Of a stretch of 64,000 bases of DNA, positions 29,469 through 39,729 are shown piece after piece (the stretch's first letter is position 1; every line of letters starts with the position of its first letter). The translations under genes and the position numbers were made by a program. The notes under the pieces were generated by a model. That model saw nothing but the letters and a program-made list of their open reading frames with translations, was not told the DNA's origin and did no database searches. Source of the DNA: Candidatus Fermentibacterota bacterium (lineage in GTDB: Bacteria; Fermentibacterota; Fermentibacteria; Fermentibacterales; JCC-6); NCBI GenBank assembly GCA_014728175.1, contig WJMA01000054.1, positions 71,673 through 135,672 on the forward strand. The letters run 5' to 3'.

Positions 29469-30337
29469 GCATTCTGATAGACAAGGATACCAGGGTGATC
29501 GTTCAGGGCCTGGGACGCGACGGTTCCTTCCATGCCGCGCAGATGCTTGAATACGGCACCAACGTGGTGGGCGGAGTCCACCCCGGCCGCGGGGGAGAGA
29601 CCGAGTCGGGCTTTCCCGTGTTCAACGATTGCCGGGCGGCCGTGGAGAGTACGGGGGCGGACTGCAGCGTGCTCTTCGTTCCGGCCGGGTTTGCAGCCGA
29701 TGCGATAATGGAGGCCGCCGATGCGGGCATAGGCCTGGTAGTTGCTATCAGTGAGGGCATACCGGTGCTGGATATGACCCGGGTAACCGAGGTGCTGCAG
29801 CGCAAAGGCACCAGGCTGGTGGGGCCCAACTGCCCCGGTCTGATATCGCCCGGCAGGTGCAAGGTAGGCATCATGCCCGGAGCTATCTTCGAGGAGGGCA
29901 GAATAGGAGTGGTGAGCCGCAGCGGAACCCTCACCTACCAGGTGGTGAGACACGTCACCGACTCCGACCTCGGACAGTCGACCGCGGTGGGCATGGGTGG
30001 AGACCCGGTCACCGGTTTGGGCTTCATCGATTATCTGGAGCTCTTCGAGAAGGACGACCAGACGGAAGCGGTGGTCCTGGTGGGCGAGATAGGAGGAACC
30101 GCCGAGGAACGGGCGGCCGAGTTCGTCAAGGCTTCCATGAGCAAGCCGGTGGTCTCCTTCATAGTAGGTCGCACCGCGCCTCCCGGCAAACGCATGGGAC
30201 ACGCCGGGGCCATAATCTCGGGAGGATCCGGAACAGCGGAGGCAAAGGTGGCGGCCCTGACCGAGAACGACGTACCGGTGGCCGACACCACGGAGCAGAT
30301 CGTGCAGCTGCTCCAGGACGAGCTTGGAGGTCGATAG
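29465..30337 (+). CDS. sucD: Succinyl-CoA synthetase alpha subunit
   Basis: [19 protein letters not shown] and [10 protein letters not shown] (phospho-His). Confidence 0.97.
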   Translation: MSILIDKDTRVIVQGLGRDGSFHAAQMLEYGTNVVGGVHPGRGGETESGFPVFNDCRAAVESTGADCSVLFVPAGFAADAIMEAADAGIGLVVAISEGIPVLDMTRVTEVLQRKGTRLVGPNCPGLISPGRCKVGIMPGAIFEEGRIGVVSRSGTLTYQVVRHVTDSDLGQSTAVGMGGDPVTGLGFIDYLELFEKDDQTEAVVLVGEIGGTAEERAAEFVKASMSKPVVSFIVGRTAPPGKRMGHAGAIISGGSGTAEAKVAALTENDVPVADTTEQIVQLLQDELGGR

Positions 30338-31182
30338 TGAGAGATCTCGACGTATCGGAAATAACGGACGTCCTGAGGGAGATATGCATCTCCGCCAACG
30401 TATTTTTGGGCGAGGACGTCAAGACGGCGATCAAAAAGGCCAGGGATGCCGAGGAGTCCCCTCTGGGCAAGGAGATACTGGACGTCATACTGGACAACCA
30501 CAGTATCTCCGAGGAGAGCGACATGCCCCTTTGCCAGGACACCGGCTTCGCAGTCGTCTTCCTGGAGATCGGACAGGATGTACACCTGACCGGAGGCTAC
30601 CTGGAGGACGCGGTAAACGAAGGTGTACGAAGGGGTTACAAGGACGGCTATCTGAGGAAGTCCATAGTGGACGACCCCTCCATATCCCGCAAGAACACGG
30701 GCGACAACACGCCGGCGGTGATCCACACCCGCATCGTCCCCGGAGAGAAGGTGCGAATCGTGTTCGCGCCCAAGGGGGGCGGGTCGGAGAACATGAGCGA
30801 GGTAAGGATGATGACCGCCGCCGACGGCATAGAGGGCATCAAGGACTTCGTCGTGGAGCGGGTAAGGAAGTCCGGCGGCAACCCCTGCCCTCCCATTGTG
30901 GTGGGAGTGGGTATCGGCGGAACCTTCGAGAAGTGCGCCTATCTGGCGAAGAAGGCGGTTCTGAGACCGCTGGGGGAGCACAATCCCGATCCGCGTTACG
31001 CGGAGGTGGAGAAGGAGCTCCTGCAGCGGATCAACGATCTGGGCATAGGCCCGGCCGGATTCGGGGGCAGGACGACCGCGTTGGGGGTCAACGTGGAGAC
31101 CTTTCCCTGCCACATCGCTTCCATGCCGGTGGCGGTCAACATTCAGTGTCACGCCAGCAGGCATAAGGAAAGAACGCTGTAG
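30337..31182 (+). CDS. Class I fumarate hydratase, alpha (N-terminal) subunit
   Basis: PLCQDTG, LRKSIV, KGGGSEN, GNPCPP and QCHASRH; GTG start overlaps the sucD stop. Confidence 0.92.
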   Translation: MRDLDVSEITDVLREICISANVFLGEDVKTAIKKARDAEESPLGKEILDVILDNHSISEESDMPLCQDTGFAVVFLEIGQDVHLTGGYLEDAVNEGVRRGYKDGYLRKSIVDDPSISRKNTGDNTPAVIHTRIVPGEKVRIVFAPKGGGSENMSEVRMMTAADGIEGIKDFVVERVRKSGGNPCPPIVVGVGIGGTFEKCAYLAKKAVLRPLGEHNPDPRYAEVEKELLQRINDLGIGPAGFGGRTTALGVNVETFPCHIASMPVAVNIQCHASRHKERTL

Positions 31183-31196
31183 GGGGTGGGGCAATC

Positions 31197-31754
31197 GTGA
31201 AGACATTGGAACTGAGCACACCGCTGGAATCACGGGAGCTACAAGAGCTCGACGTCGGGGACAAGGTCCTGCTCTCCGGAGAGGTCTACACGGCGCGCGA
31301 CGCCGCGCACAAGAGGCTGGTCGCGCTCATAGAGGAAGGCAAGGATCTGCCGTTCGAGCTAAAAGGGGCGGTTATCTACTACGTCGGTCCCGCCCCTTCC
31401 AGGCCGGGGCAGGTACTCAACTCGGCCGGACCAACCACCAGCTACAGGATGGATCCGTTCGCACCACTCCTTCTGGAACACGGCATGAAGGCCAGCATAG
31501 GCAAGGGCCCCCGGAGCCGCGAAGTCAGAGACGCCATGGTGAAATACAAGGCGGTTTACCTAGGCGCGGTCGGAGGGGCTGCGGCCGGCATAGCCTCCTC
31601 GGTCGAGGAGATGTCGGTGATAGCCTACGAGGACCTGGGCCCGGAGGCGGTGCGCAGACTGGTGGTCAAAGACATGCCCCTGTTCGTGGTGAACGACACC
31701 AAGGGCAAGGACCTGTTCGAGATCGGCGTGGCCGAGTACAGCAGAAGCGGCTAG
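31197..31754 (+). CDS. Class I fumarate hydratase, beta (C-terminal) subunit
   Basis: TARDAAHKRL, AGPTTSYRMD, IGKG and EDLGPEA motifs. Confidence 0.92.
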   Translation: MKTLELSTPLESRELQELDVGDKVLLSGEVYTARDAAHKRLVALIEEGKDLPFELKGAVIYYVGPAPSRPGQVLNSAGPTTSYRMDPFAPLLLEHGMKASIGKGPRSREVRDAMVKYKAVYLGAVGGAAAGIASSVEEMSVIAYEDLGPEAVRRLVVKDMPLFVVNDTKGKDLFEIGVAEYSRSG

Positions 31755-31779
31755 GCACGTTCCGGCCGGAGACGTGGGG

Positions 31780-33420
31780 ATGGAGGGCATAGCTAGGCGC
31801 AGGCCGCGCCCGCAGACCTTCTCGGGGCTGAGAAAAGAGCACCTGTTAGCCGGCCTGATCGTCTTGCTCCTGCTGGCGGTGTTCCTTCTTCCGGGCAGGT
31901 CGTTCTGGGCCATGGACGAGGGCAACCGCTACCTGCAGGTGGTGTCGCTGTCCAGAAGCGGGCTGCAGCTTCCTCCACCCATACCATATCCCGGCTCCGA
32001 GCTGCTTCCCCCCTCGCTCCTGCAGACCCTGAAGCCCCTTCCCTACCATTACGGAACCCTGGAGAACGGCCGCCTGTACAGCCAGTACAACCCTCTTATG
32101 GCCCTGCTATCTCTGCCGGGATACTTCCTGCTCGGGCGCAGTGGGATATACCTGATCCCTCTGTTGGCGGGCGCGCTGCTGGTCATGCATCTGTCGCGAC
32201 GCTATCGGCGCAGGGGCTGGCGGACCAAGACCTCCTTTGCCCTGGCCCTCCTTGCCACCCCGATCGTCTTCTACAGCCTTACCTTCTGGTCGCATACCCT
32301 GGCCCTCCTGCTGGGTCTCATCGCGTTGGATCAGGCCAGGCGGGGAAGCATTCGGGCGGCCATCGTGCTCACCGTGCTTTCCGTGCTGCTGAGGGAGGAG
32401 ATGCTCCTGCTGATACCCCTCATCATTCTGATAAGGCCGAGAGTCGCCTCTCCGATTTCCACAACCGCTACCGCCCTGGGCGCGGTAGCGTTTTTCCTGC
32501 TGGCACAGAGGGTGCTGACCGGAACCTGGCTGGGGACCCATCTGGCCGCCAGTGGTACCGAACAGGCCATATACGGGCATGCCGGGCTCTCCCTCCTCTC
32601 CTCCAAGCTGTACGTTGCGGCCCGGACGTTCTTCAGCATGCTGCCTGGAGTCCAGGGAGGTTGGGCCCTGCCGGCCGGGCTGGGGCTGTGGGGACTCTGG
32701 GGATTGGGCTTTCTGCCGGACCGCAGGATTGGGCGGGTGGCCAGGATGGTGGGAATGGGCGCCTGCGCCGCGATCCTGGTCTGGATGCTGGCCAGAGGCG
32801 CCCGGGCATCGGACACCCTGGTGGTGAAGCATCCCCTGCTGGTGTTCCCGGTACTGTGGCTCTGCTACCCCGACACCCGGAGAGGTCTTACCTTCCTGGG
32901 TCTGTGCCTCCTGGTCGTACTGGCACTGAGCCCCATGCACGTCGACGACCTGGCCTGGGGCCTTCGGCACACCCTTCTTCCCGTGTTCTTCCTGTCCCTG
33001 GGAATGCGTAAGGACCTGTCCAGGCCTCTTCTCCCACCGGTCCTGGTCCTGGGCGGCCTGGCCCTGCTGACCTCGATATCCCTGCTCACGGCCAAGCGGG
33101 TGAGGAGCGCCGAGCTCCTGGATCTATGCCGTTCCACGGGAAGTTCGGTGATCACCACCTCCTGGGAGCAGCCCCAGGACTTCGCTACCCTGATCGAGGA
33201 CGGGGTACCGGTGCTGATGGCGGACCGGGGCGGAGACCTTCTGGAAGCGCTCCGGGCGCTCTCGGAGAAGTACCCGGTGGTGGTATGCAGAAGCGAAAGC
33301 GCGGATCTGGCCATCAGGGCGGTGGAACTCTCCGGCATGCGTCCGACGGTCGTGGGTAGAGGCTACCCGGACGACCCTTTGCTGGATGTGGTGGTGGTGA
33401 CCACCGCCCGGCACCGTTGA
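31780..33420 (+). CDS. Polytopic membrane protein, possible GT-C-fold glycosyltransferase
   Basis: DEG after TM1, SQY.P, YSLTFWSHT, LREE and WG.RH motifs; many TM segments. Confidence 0.55.
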   Translation: MEGIARRRPRPQTFSGLRKEHLLAGLIVLLLLAVFLLPGRSFWAMDEGNRYLQVVSLSRSGLQLPPPIPYPGSELLPPSLLQTLKPLPYHYGTLENGRLYSQYNPLMALLSLPGYFLLGRSGIYLIPLLAGALLVMHLSRRYRRRGWRTKTSFALALLATPIVFYSLTFWSHTLALLLGLIALDQARRGSIRAAIVLTVLSVLLREEMLLLIPLIILIRPRVASPISTTATALGAVAFFLLAQRVLTGTWLGTHLAASGTEQAIYGHAGLSLLSSKLYVAARTFFSMLPGVQGGWALPAGLGLWGLWGLGFLPDRRIGRVARMVGMGACAAILVWMLARGARASDTLVVKHPLLVFPVLWLCYPDTRRGLTFLGLCLLVVLALSPMHVDDLAWGLRHTLLPVFFLSLGMRKDLSRPLLPPVLVLGGLALLTSISLLTAKRVRSAELLDLCRSTGSSVITTSWEQPQDFATLIEDGVPVLMADRGGDLLEALRALSEKYPVVVCRSESADLAIRAVELSGMRPTVVGRGYPDDPLLDVVVVTTARHR

Positions 33421-33444
33421 TTCCCGGCGAGGGCCGGGACTCCG

Positions 33445-35124
33445 TCAGCCCCTGATCGTACCCTGGTACTCCGTGGTCAGCTGTCTCTTCCTGACCTCGG
33501 GATTGCTGTAATCAGGAAGGATCATGGGCGCGATCCGGTCGGTATCAACGCCCTCCTTGTCCAGCTCCTGGTTGTACTGCTTCACGTGCTCCAGGGTAGG
33601 CTTGCCGGTCTCGCCCTTCTTTTTGACGAACTCCGCAGCGGCCTTGCCGGCTATCCTGCCGAACACGACCACGTCCAGTAGGGAGTTGCCCATAAGCCTG
33701 TTCTCGCCATGGACCCCCCCGGTTACCTCGCCGCTGGCGAAAAGCCCGGGAACGTTGGTCTCGCAGCTCTCGGTGATCTGCAGCCCGCCGTTCTGGTAGT
33801 GAAGGGTCGGATGGACCAGCATGGGCTCCCTGGAGATGTCTATCCCGTAGCGTTCGTAAAGGATATGCTTGGCGGGGAACTCCCTGCCAACTGTTCCCTC
33901 TCCCTTCAGCAGGTCTATCATCGGCGAGTCCAGCCATACGCCCACCTTGCCCGTGGGGGTGGGAACGCCCTTGCCCACGTCCTCGGAGCACTCGCGGATG
34001 ATACAGGCCGCCTCCACGTCTCGGGGCTCACGCTCGTAGACGAACTGCTCGCCGTCCACGTTGAGAATGTTGGCCCCCGCACCCCTGAACTTCTCGGTTA
34101 TCAGGATGCCCTCGGCCTGCTCGGGGTAGACCACGCCCGTCGGATGGTACTGCACCGTGTGCAGGAACGAGACCGGCACCCCGGCCCGGTAGGCCATCAC
34201 CACGCCGTCGGCGGTGGCCCCGTAATGGTTGGTGGTCATGAAGTCCTGGATGTGGAGCCTACCGCATCCGCCGGTTGCCAGAACCACGGCCTTGGCCCGG
34301 ACGTAGTGGTACTCCCTGGTCTCCAGGTTGTAGAGGATGGCTCCGGCGCACCTGCCCTTATCGTCCAGCACCAGATCAACGGCGGGGTTAAACTCGATGA
34401 CCTCTATGTCTTCCTCCCTGGACCTGGCCTCGTCCCTTATGGTCCGCATTATCTCCGCGCCGGTGATGTCGGCGGCGAAGTGCATGCGCTTCCGAGAGGT
34501 GCCTCCTCCATGCATCGTCTTCAGCGTTCCGTCGGACTCCTTGGAGAACATGGCTCCCAGCGACTCCAGCCACTGGATGGCGTCGGGGCCATTGTTCACC
34601 AGCCTTTTCACCAGCTGGGGAACGTTCTTGAAGTGTCCTCCGCCCAGTACGTCGAGGTAATGGTAGTAGGGAGAGTCCTTCCAGCCCTTGGAGGCGGCCT
34701 GGATGCCTCCCTCCGCCATCATGGTGTTGGCGTCACCGTGGCGGAGCTTGGTGGCTATGGTCACCTCCACCCCGTTCTCCTGGGCGATCAGCGCGGTCGA
34801 CGTTCCGGCGCCTCCCCCACCGATCACCAACAGGTCGGTGTCATAATCCGGCTCGGAAAGGTCGATCAGGCCGGGGTCTATCCTGCTGCGGGCCTCCAGA
34901 AGATCCACTATCTCGTTGCTTATGGAGTAGCCCTTACTGGGGCCGACCTTTATCTCCCGCCTGGTTCCCTTCCTGTAATCGGGATGGTACTTCCTGAGGA
35001 GCTCGTCCCTGTCTTCCACGTCCACGGCCTCGAACTCCTGACCTGCCTTCTTCCTCTCCACCCTTGCGGGTCGGGTGGCCTCCACTTTCTTGATGAGCTT
35101 CTTCAGACTTTCGGGGTACGGCAT
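33445..35124 (-). CDS. Soluble fumarate reductase / SdhA-like flavoprotein (TfrA-like)
   Basis: GGGGAG, QYHPT, ITEKFRG, PRD, HYQNGG and HGENRLMGNSL; ANTMMAEGG lacks the His that binds FAD covalently. Confidence 0.88.
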   Translation of the reverse strand: MPYPESLKKLIKKVEATRPARVERKKAGQEFEAVDVEDRDELLRKYHPDYRKGTRREIKVGPSKGYSISNEIVDLLEARSRIDPGLIDLSEPDYDTDLLVIGGGGAGTSTALIAQENGVEVTIATKLRHGDANTMMAEGGIQAASKGWKDSPYYHYLDVLGGGHFKNVPQLVKRLVNNGPDAIQWLESLGAMFSKESDGTLKTMHGGGTSRKRMHFAADITGAEIMRTIRDEARSREEDIEVIEFNPAVDLVLDDKGRCAGAILYNLETREYHYVRAKAVVLATGGCGRLHIQDFMTTNHYGATADGVVMAYRAGVPVSFLHTVQYHPTGVVYPEQAEGILITEKFRGAGANILNVDGEQFVYEREPRDVEAACIIRECSEDVGKGVPTPTGKVGVWLDSPMIDLLKGEGTVGREFPAKHILYERYGIDISREPMLVHPTLHYQNGGLQITESCETNVPGLFASGEVTGGVHGENRLMGNSLLDVVVFGRIAGKAAAEFVKKKGETGKPTLEHVKQYNQELDKEGVDTDRIAPMILPDYSNPEVRKRQLTTEYQGTIRG

Positions 35125-35140
35125 GTATCTACCTCCAGAC

Positions 35141-35911
35141 CTAGTCCCGCTCCGACCGGCTCACAACGTAGTCCCGATCCTCGGGGACCCAGTCGTCCTC
35201 GGCGTTGTCGGGCTCGGCCTCTCTATCCCTGTAGATTTTTATCAGATCCTTCTCCTCCATGTCCATCAGCTCCTGCAACGGCTCATCGAAGCGTCCTCCC
35301 TCGACGGACTCCACCGCGTCGGCCAGGTGGTCGGCTGCCGGAACCAGATTCCTGCCGTGCAGCCTGCGGCAGAGGATGGCCACGTTGTACTGGACCTCCT
35401 CGGCCGGGCAGCGGGAGGCACAGAGCCCGCACATGATGCAATCGAAAGACAGCTCCGCCACTCCGGAGACGTCCCCTCTGATAGCCCTGGCCATGTACTG
35501 CATTACGTCGATATCCATGGGGCAGCTCTGGGTGCAGGCGTTACACCCTATGCACTTGAATATCTCCGGGTAGAGCTCGGCAACCTCTTCGCCGGTGCCC
35601 TCCATCTCGGTGATATCGTAGCCTGCCCTGTTCCCGGGGAAGAACGGAAGAAGGGTCAGGTACATCCCGGGCTGTACGACCGTCTGGCAGGCCAGACCCA
35701 CCTCCAGTCGGTAGCTGCCGGGGGTTCTGTAAACCGTGCCGCAAGCTCCGCATACGCCGCCCCTACAGCCGCAGCCCCGGATCAGCTGGTATCCAGCGTA
35801 CTCCATGGCCTTCTGAATGGTCAGGCTGGCGGGCACGTCGAAACGCTCACCCATCACGAATATGGGCACCATCTCCTCGCTGGGTGCCTGGGAAGTATTC
35901 TTAGCTGTCAT
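35141..35911 (-). CDS. SdhB/FrdB-like Fe-S subunit (2Fe-2S + 2x4Fe-4S)
   Basis: GCRGGVCGAC...LACQ, CIGCNACTQSCP and CIMCGLCASRCP; start MTAKN overlaps the mvhD stop. Confidence 0.85.
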   Translation of the reverse strand: MTAKNTSQAPSEEMVPIFVMGERFDVPASLTIQKAMEYAGYQLIRGCGCRGGVCGACGTVYRTPGSYRLEVGLACQTVVQPGMYLTLLPFFPGNRAGYDITEMEGTGEEVAELYPEIFKCIGCNACTQSCPMDIDVMQYMARAIRGDVSGVAELSFDCIMCGLCASRCPAEEVQYNVAILCRRLHGRNLVPAADHLADAVESVEGGRFDEPLQELMDMEEKDLIKIYRDREAEPDNAEDDWVPEDRDYVVSRSERD

Positions 35912-36330
35912 ACAGTCATCTCCTTCGAAGCAAGGCTCAACGGACCCTTCTTCCTGAGCTCCTCGCTGAAGTTGTCCATCACCTCCGCGAACTTCTTCCC
36001 CTCCGCAGCGGAGATCCACTCCAGCCTGAGACGGGAGGATTCTATGCCCAGCTGGTCCAGGACCCGGCGCAGCAGCGCCATCCTGGTCTGGGTTCTGTAG
36101 TTTCCGTCCTGGTAGTGGCAGTCGCCGGGATGGCAGCCCCCCACCAACACGCCGTCCGCTCCCTGCCTGAAGGCCCACATGATGTGCTCCGGATCCACTC
36201 TGCTCGAACACATGAACCTCAGGTTGATCCCGTTGGGGGAGTACTTCAACCTGGAGGTCCCCGCCAGATCCGCCCCGGCGCTGGTACACCACTTGCATAC
36301 GAAGCAGACTATCTTGGGCTCGAACATCAT
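35908..36330 (-). CDS. mvhD: MvhD/FlxD Fe-S subunit (canonical)
   Basis: FVCKWCTSAGADLAG, MCSSRV, GCHPGDCHY and WISAAEG. Confidence 0.93.
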   Translation of the reverse strand: MMFEPKIVCFVCKWCTSAGADLAGTSRLKYSPNGINLRFMCSSRVDPEHIMWAFRQGADGVLVGGCHPGDCHYQDGNYRTQTRMALLRRVLDQLGIESSRLRLEWISAAEGKKFAEVMDNFSEELRKKGPLSLASKEMTV

Positions 36331-38282
36331 TCCTCCCCCAGGCTAGCGGTTATCATCTCCAATATCTGCCTGTCGGTAAGGTTGCTCTGCTGGGTGGCCC
36401 CGCAGGGACAGGCCGCCACGCATGCTCCGCATCCCTCGCACAGGGCCTCGTTGACGACCGCTATCTCCTCTTCCTCGTCGTACTCCCGCGCGTCGTAGGG
36501 ACACACGGAGATGCAAACCCGGCAGCCGCCGCAGACATCCTCGTCGACGGCCGCGATCATGGGATCCTGTTCCATCTCGTCCTTGGAGAACAGCGCCGTT
36601 ACCTTGCTGGCCGCCCCGCTGGCCTGGGCGACGGTATCGGGAATGTCCCGGGGCGACTGCCCGCAACCGGCCAGATAGAAACCGGCGGTTATGCTCTCCA
36701 CCGGGCGAAGCTTGGGATGGGCCTCGTTCAGGAAGCCGTTCTCCCCGGTCTGGATCTTCAGCTTCTTGGCCAGGTCCTGCACTCCGGTTCCGGGGACCAC
36801 GGCGGTTGCCAGAACCACCAGGTCGGCCCTTATCTCTACGTTGCGCCCGGCGAGGCTATCAGTCCCCCACACCACGGTCTGGTCACCGTCACGGAAGATG
36901 CTGGCCACCTTTCCTTTCAAGTAGACTACACCCTCTTCCTCCTCCGCGCGGTGGTAGAATTCCTCGTAACCTTTTCCGCCCGTGCGCACGTCTATGTAGA
37001 AGATGTACGGCTGGCCGTCGTGAACCCGGTGCTTGTAGAGCATGGCGTGCTTCGTGGTGTACATGCAGCATATACGGGAGCAGTAGGGCTGGTATCTCTC
37101 GGGGTCCCTCGACCCGGCGCACTGAACGAAGACCACCTCCTTGGGAACCTTGCCGTCGGATGGTCTTCTCACCTCTCCCACCGTAGGGCCGGAGGCCGAG
37201 AGGAGCCTCTCGAAGGCCAGCCCGTCTATTACATCGGGAACCTCTCCCCCGCCGTACTCCGCTATTCTCTGCAGGGGAAGCGTCTCGTAGCCGGTGGCCA
37301 CTACGATTGCCCCCACCTCCTCCTCCACGATCTCATCCTCCTGGTCGAACCTTATGGACCCAACCTCGCAGGTGCTCTCGCAGAGCTTGCACTTGCCGGT
37401 GCGGTAGTAGACGCAGTTGTCTCTGTCTATGACCGGCTTGTTGGGAACGGCCTGGGGGAAGGGGACGTATATCGCTCCCCTGTCGTCCAAGCCCCGATTG
37501 AACTCGGAGGGAACCTTGACCGGACACTTCTCCATGCACTCGCCGCAACCGGTGCAGGTGGCCCAGTCCACGCTGGGGGCCTTCCGGCGAATCTTCACCG
37601 TGAAGTTACCCACGTAGCCGGACACCTCCTCCACTTCCGAGTAGGTCATCAGCTTTATGCGGGGGTGTTTCCCCACCTCCACCATCTTGGGGGTGAGGAT
37701 GCACTGGGAGCAGTCCAGGGTGGGGAAGGTCTCGGAGAGCTGAGCCATGTGCCCCCCTATGGACGGCTCGCGCTCCACCAGCACCACCTCGTAGCCGGAA
37801 TTGGCTATGTCCAGTGAGGCCTGGATTCCTGCTATACCGCCTCCTATCACCATCGCCCTTCTATTGATGGGAACCCTTATGGGCTCCAGGGACTCGTTGA
37901 GATAGGTCTTGGCCACTATGGACTTGATTATCTTGACCGCCTTGGCGGTGGCCCTCTCCCGGTCCTCGTGCACCCAGCTGCACTGCTCGCGGATGTTGGC
38001 TATCTCGCACTGGTACGGGTTCAGACCCGCCTCCGCGCTGGCCTGCCTGAACGTAAGCTCGTGCAGGGATGGCGAGCATGCCGCAACCACCACCGCGTCC
38101 AGCTTCTCATTCTTAATGGTATCCCTGACCAGCTCCTGGCCCGGGTCTGAGCACATGTAGATGTAGCTCTGGGCGTGCGTTATCCTGGGGTCCTTCCGGA
38201 GCTCCTCCACCACCCGGTCCACGTCTACGGTATTGGCAATGTTGATACCGCAGTGGCAGACGAAAACGCCTATCCTCTTCAC
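36327..38282 (-). CDS. hdrA: Heterodisulfide reductase subunit A
   Basis: FVCHCGINI, NIREQCSWVH, GGGIAG, TFPTLDCSQCILTP, FERLLSASGPT, CSRICCMY..K and C-terminal 2x4Fe-4S domain. Confidence 0.96.
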   Translation of the reverse strand: MKRIGVFVCHCGINIANTVDVDRVVEELRKDPRITHAQSYIYMCSDPGQELVRDTIKNEKLDAVVVAACSPSLHELTFRQASAEAGLNPYQCEIANIREQCSWVHEDRERATAKAVKIIKSIVAKTYLNESLEPIRVPINRRAMVIGGGIAGIQASLDIANSGYEVVLVEREPSIGGHMAQLSETFPTLDCSQCILTPKMVEVGKHPRIKLMTYSEVEEVSGYVGNFTVKIRRKAPSVDWATCTGCGECMEKCPVKVPSEFNRGLDDRGAIYVPFPQAVPNKPVIDRDNCVYYRTGKCKLCESTCEVGSIRFDQEDEIVEEEVGAIVVATGYETLPLQRIAEYGGGEVPDVIDGLAFERLLSASGPTVGEVRRPSDGKVPKEVVFVQCAGSRDPERYQPYCSRICCMYTTKHAMLYKHRVHDGQPYIFYIDVRTGGKGYEEFYHRAEEEEGVVYLKGKVASIFRDGDQTVVWGTDSLAGRNVEIRADLVVLATAVVPGTGVQDLAKKLKIQTGENGFLNEAHPKLRPVESITAGFYLAGCGQSPRDIPDTVAQASGAASKVTALFSKDEMEQDPMIAAVDEDVCGGCRVCISVCPYDAREYDEEEEIAVVNEALCEGCGACVAACPCGATQQSNLTDRQILEMITASLGEE

Positions 38283-39223
38283 CGGCTCCCACCCCCCTTC
38301 AGAGAACCCAGGGCCTTCTCGACCACCGGTTCGGGATCAACGTAGTGCTTGTCGAATCCTAAATCCGAGATATCCAGATCCATGGCCATCCCCAGAACCT
38401 GGGTGAAGTAAAGGATCGGAATGCTCTTGGTACCCGGATAGAGCTCGGAGATCATCTTCTGTCTGGAATCCAGATTGTAGAAACAAAGGGGGCAGCTTAC
38501 CACGATGGCGTCCGCGCCCTTCTCGGCGGCCGAGGATATGATGTTGCTGCACAGCCTGGCGGAGGATTCGGGAAAGGAGACGGAGAGATATGATCCGCAG
38601 CAGACCGTTCGGTAGGGATAGGCTACGGTCTCGGCCCCCAGGGCCACCAAAAAGTCCTCGATTATGGTGGGGTTCTCCACGCTGTCCAGCCCTATCTCGT
38701 CCTCAGGCCTGAGCATGACGCAACCGTAGTATGGAGCCAGCCGGAGCCCGGATAGCTCGGTGCTTCGGCTCTGGGCTATCTCCTCGAAACCCACCACGTC
38801 ACGCAGGTACTCCAGCAGATGCATCACCTGGACCTCGCCCAGGTAATCCCGGTAATCCTCCTCCGTGGATGGGAGGTAATCCCTCTTGGGCTGGTTCTCC
38901 CTCAGGAAGGCATTGACCCGCTTGCGGTCGAGGTCGCTGGTACTAACCCGATGGTTGGCTCTCTTCAGGCTGTTGTAGCAGAAGTCGCATATGGTCACCA
39001 GAACCTCGTCTCCCGTATCCCGCACGTCCTTCAGTATCCTTATGGGAGCGACGAGGTTCATTATCCTCTCCTCGGACGGCGGTGGAACCGCGCCACAGCA
39101 CGTCCAGGAGTCCAGCTCGTCCAGCTCGAAGCCCAGCTTCTCGGCTGCACCGAGCGCCGGCCTCTCCAGGTGTGCGGACCTCTCCTTCAGAGCGCAACCC
39201 GGATAATAGGCCACCCTAGTCAT
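38279..39223 (-). CDS. hdrB: Heterodisulfide reductase subunit B
   Basis: YYPGC..CCG..CDFC and YYGC..CCGS..CPLC (two CCG domains). Confidence 0.92.
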   Translation of the reverse strand: MTRVAYYPGCALKERSAHLERPALGAAEKLGFELDELDSWTCCGAVPPPSEERIMNLVAPIRILKDVRDTGDEVLVTICDFCYNSLKRANHRVSTSDLDRKRVNAFLRENQPKRDYLPSTEEDYRDYLGEVQVMHLLEYLRDVVGFEEIAQSRSTELSGLRLAPYYGCVMLRPEDEIGLDSVENPTIIEDFLVALGAETVAYPYRTVCCGSYLSVSFPESSARLCSNIISSAAEKGADAIVVSCPLCFYNLDSRQKMISELYPGTKSIPILYFTQVLGMAMDLDISDLGFDKHYVDPEPVVEKALGSLKGGGSR

Positions 39224-39268
39224 TGTTCCTCCATGCTAAGTAACGGTGTTTTCGAAACCGGCTCCCGG

Positions 39269-39706
39269 TCAGGTCGAGAGCTTCCGGTACGCGGAAACCA
39301 GACCCGGTTGGGGAACCTCGGCGGCGTTCCTGGGGTCGACCTGGTCCGGGCCGAAGTGATCGATCCCTTCGGCCAGGGCCATCTGGCGAAGAACGTCCAT
39401 CACCTTTTGTATGTCTATACCCTTGGGACACCGCACGGTACATTGAAGACAGCTTGCACAGACCCAGATGCTCCTGCTGTTCAGGACAGCTTCACTCTGA
39501 CCGAGTTGGACCAGATGCATGACCGTGCTGGGCAACAGATCCATCTCTTCGGCGAGGGGACAACCGGAGGAGCAGTTGCCGCACTGGTAGCAGGCGAGGA
39601 TGTGCTGCTCGCTCAAGCTGTCCAATCTCTTTCCGAACTCGCCCCGCACCTTTTCCCGGTCCAGCCTCAGACGCGGAGTAGTCTCGTTATCCGCTCCTTC
39701 AGCCAT
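39269..39706 (-). CDS. hdrC: Heterodisulfide reductase subunit C
   Basis: CYQCGNCSSGCP and IWVCASCLQCTVRCP; start MAEGAD after GAGGAG. Confidence 0.92.
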   Translation of the reverse strand: MAEGADNETTPRLRLDREKVRGEFGKRLDSLSEQHILACYQCGNCSSGCPLAEEMDLLPSTVMHLVQLGQSEAVLNSRSIWVCASCLQCTVRCPKGIDIQKVMDVLRQMALAEGIDHFGPDQVDPRNAAEVPQPGLVSAYRKLST

Positions 39707-39729
39707 GGCTCTCCTCTCGAGAAAGGAAC

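Noticed and set aside
33445-35124. L-aspartate oxidase (nadB) call
   Set aside because: It is paired with an SdhB-like Fe-S subunit in the hdr operon and no nadA/nadC is nearby.
36327-39706. Evidence for methanogenesis or an archaeal contig
   Set aside because: TolC/RND, lipoboxes, GGDEF and sigma70-like promoters are bacterial; no mcr or mtr genes; Hdr is widespread in bacteria.
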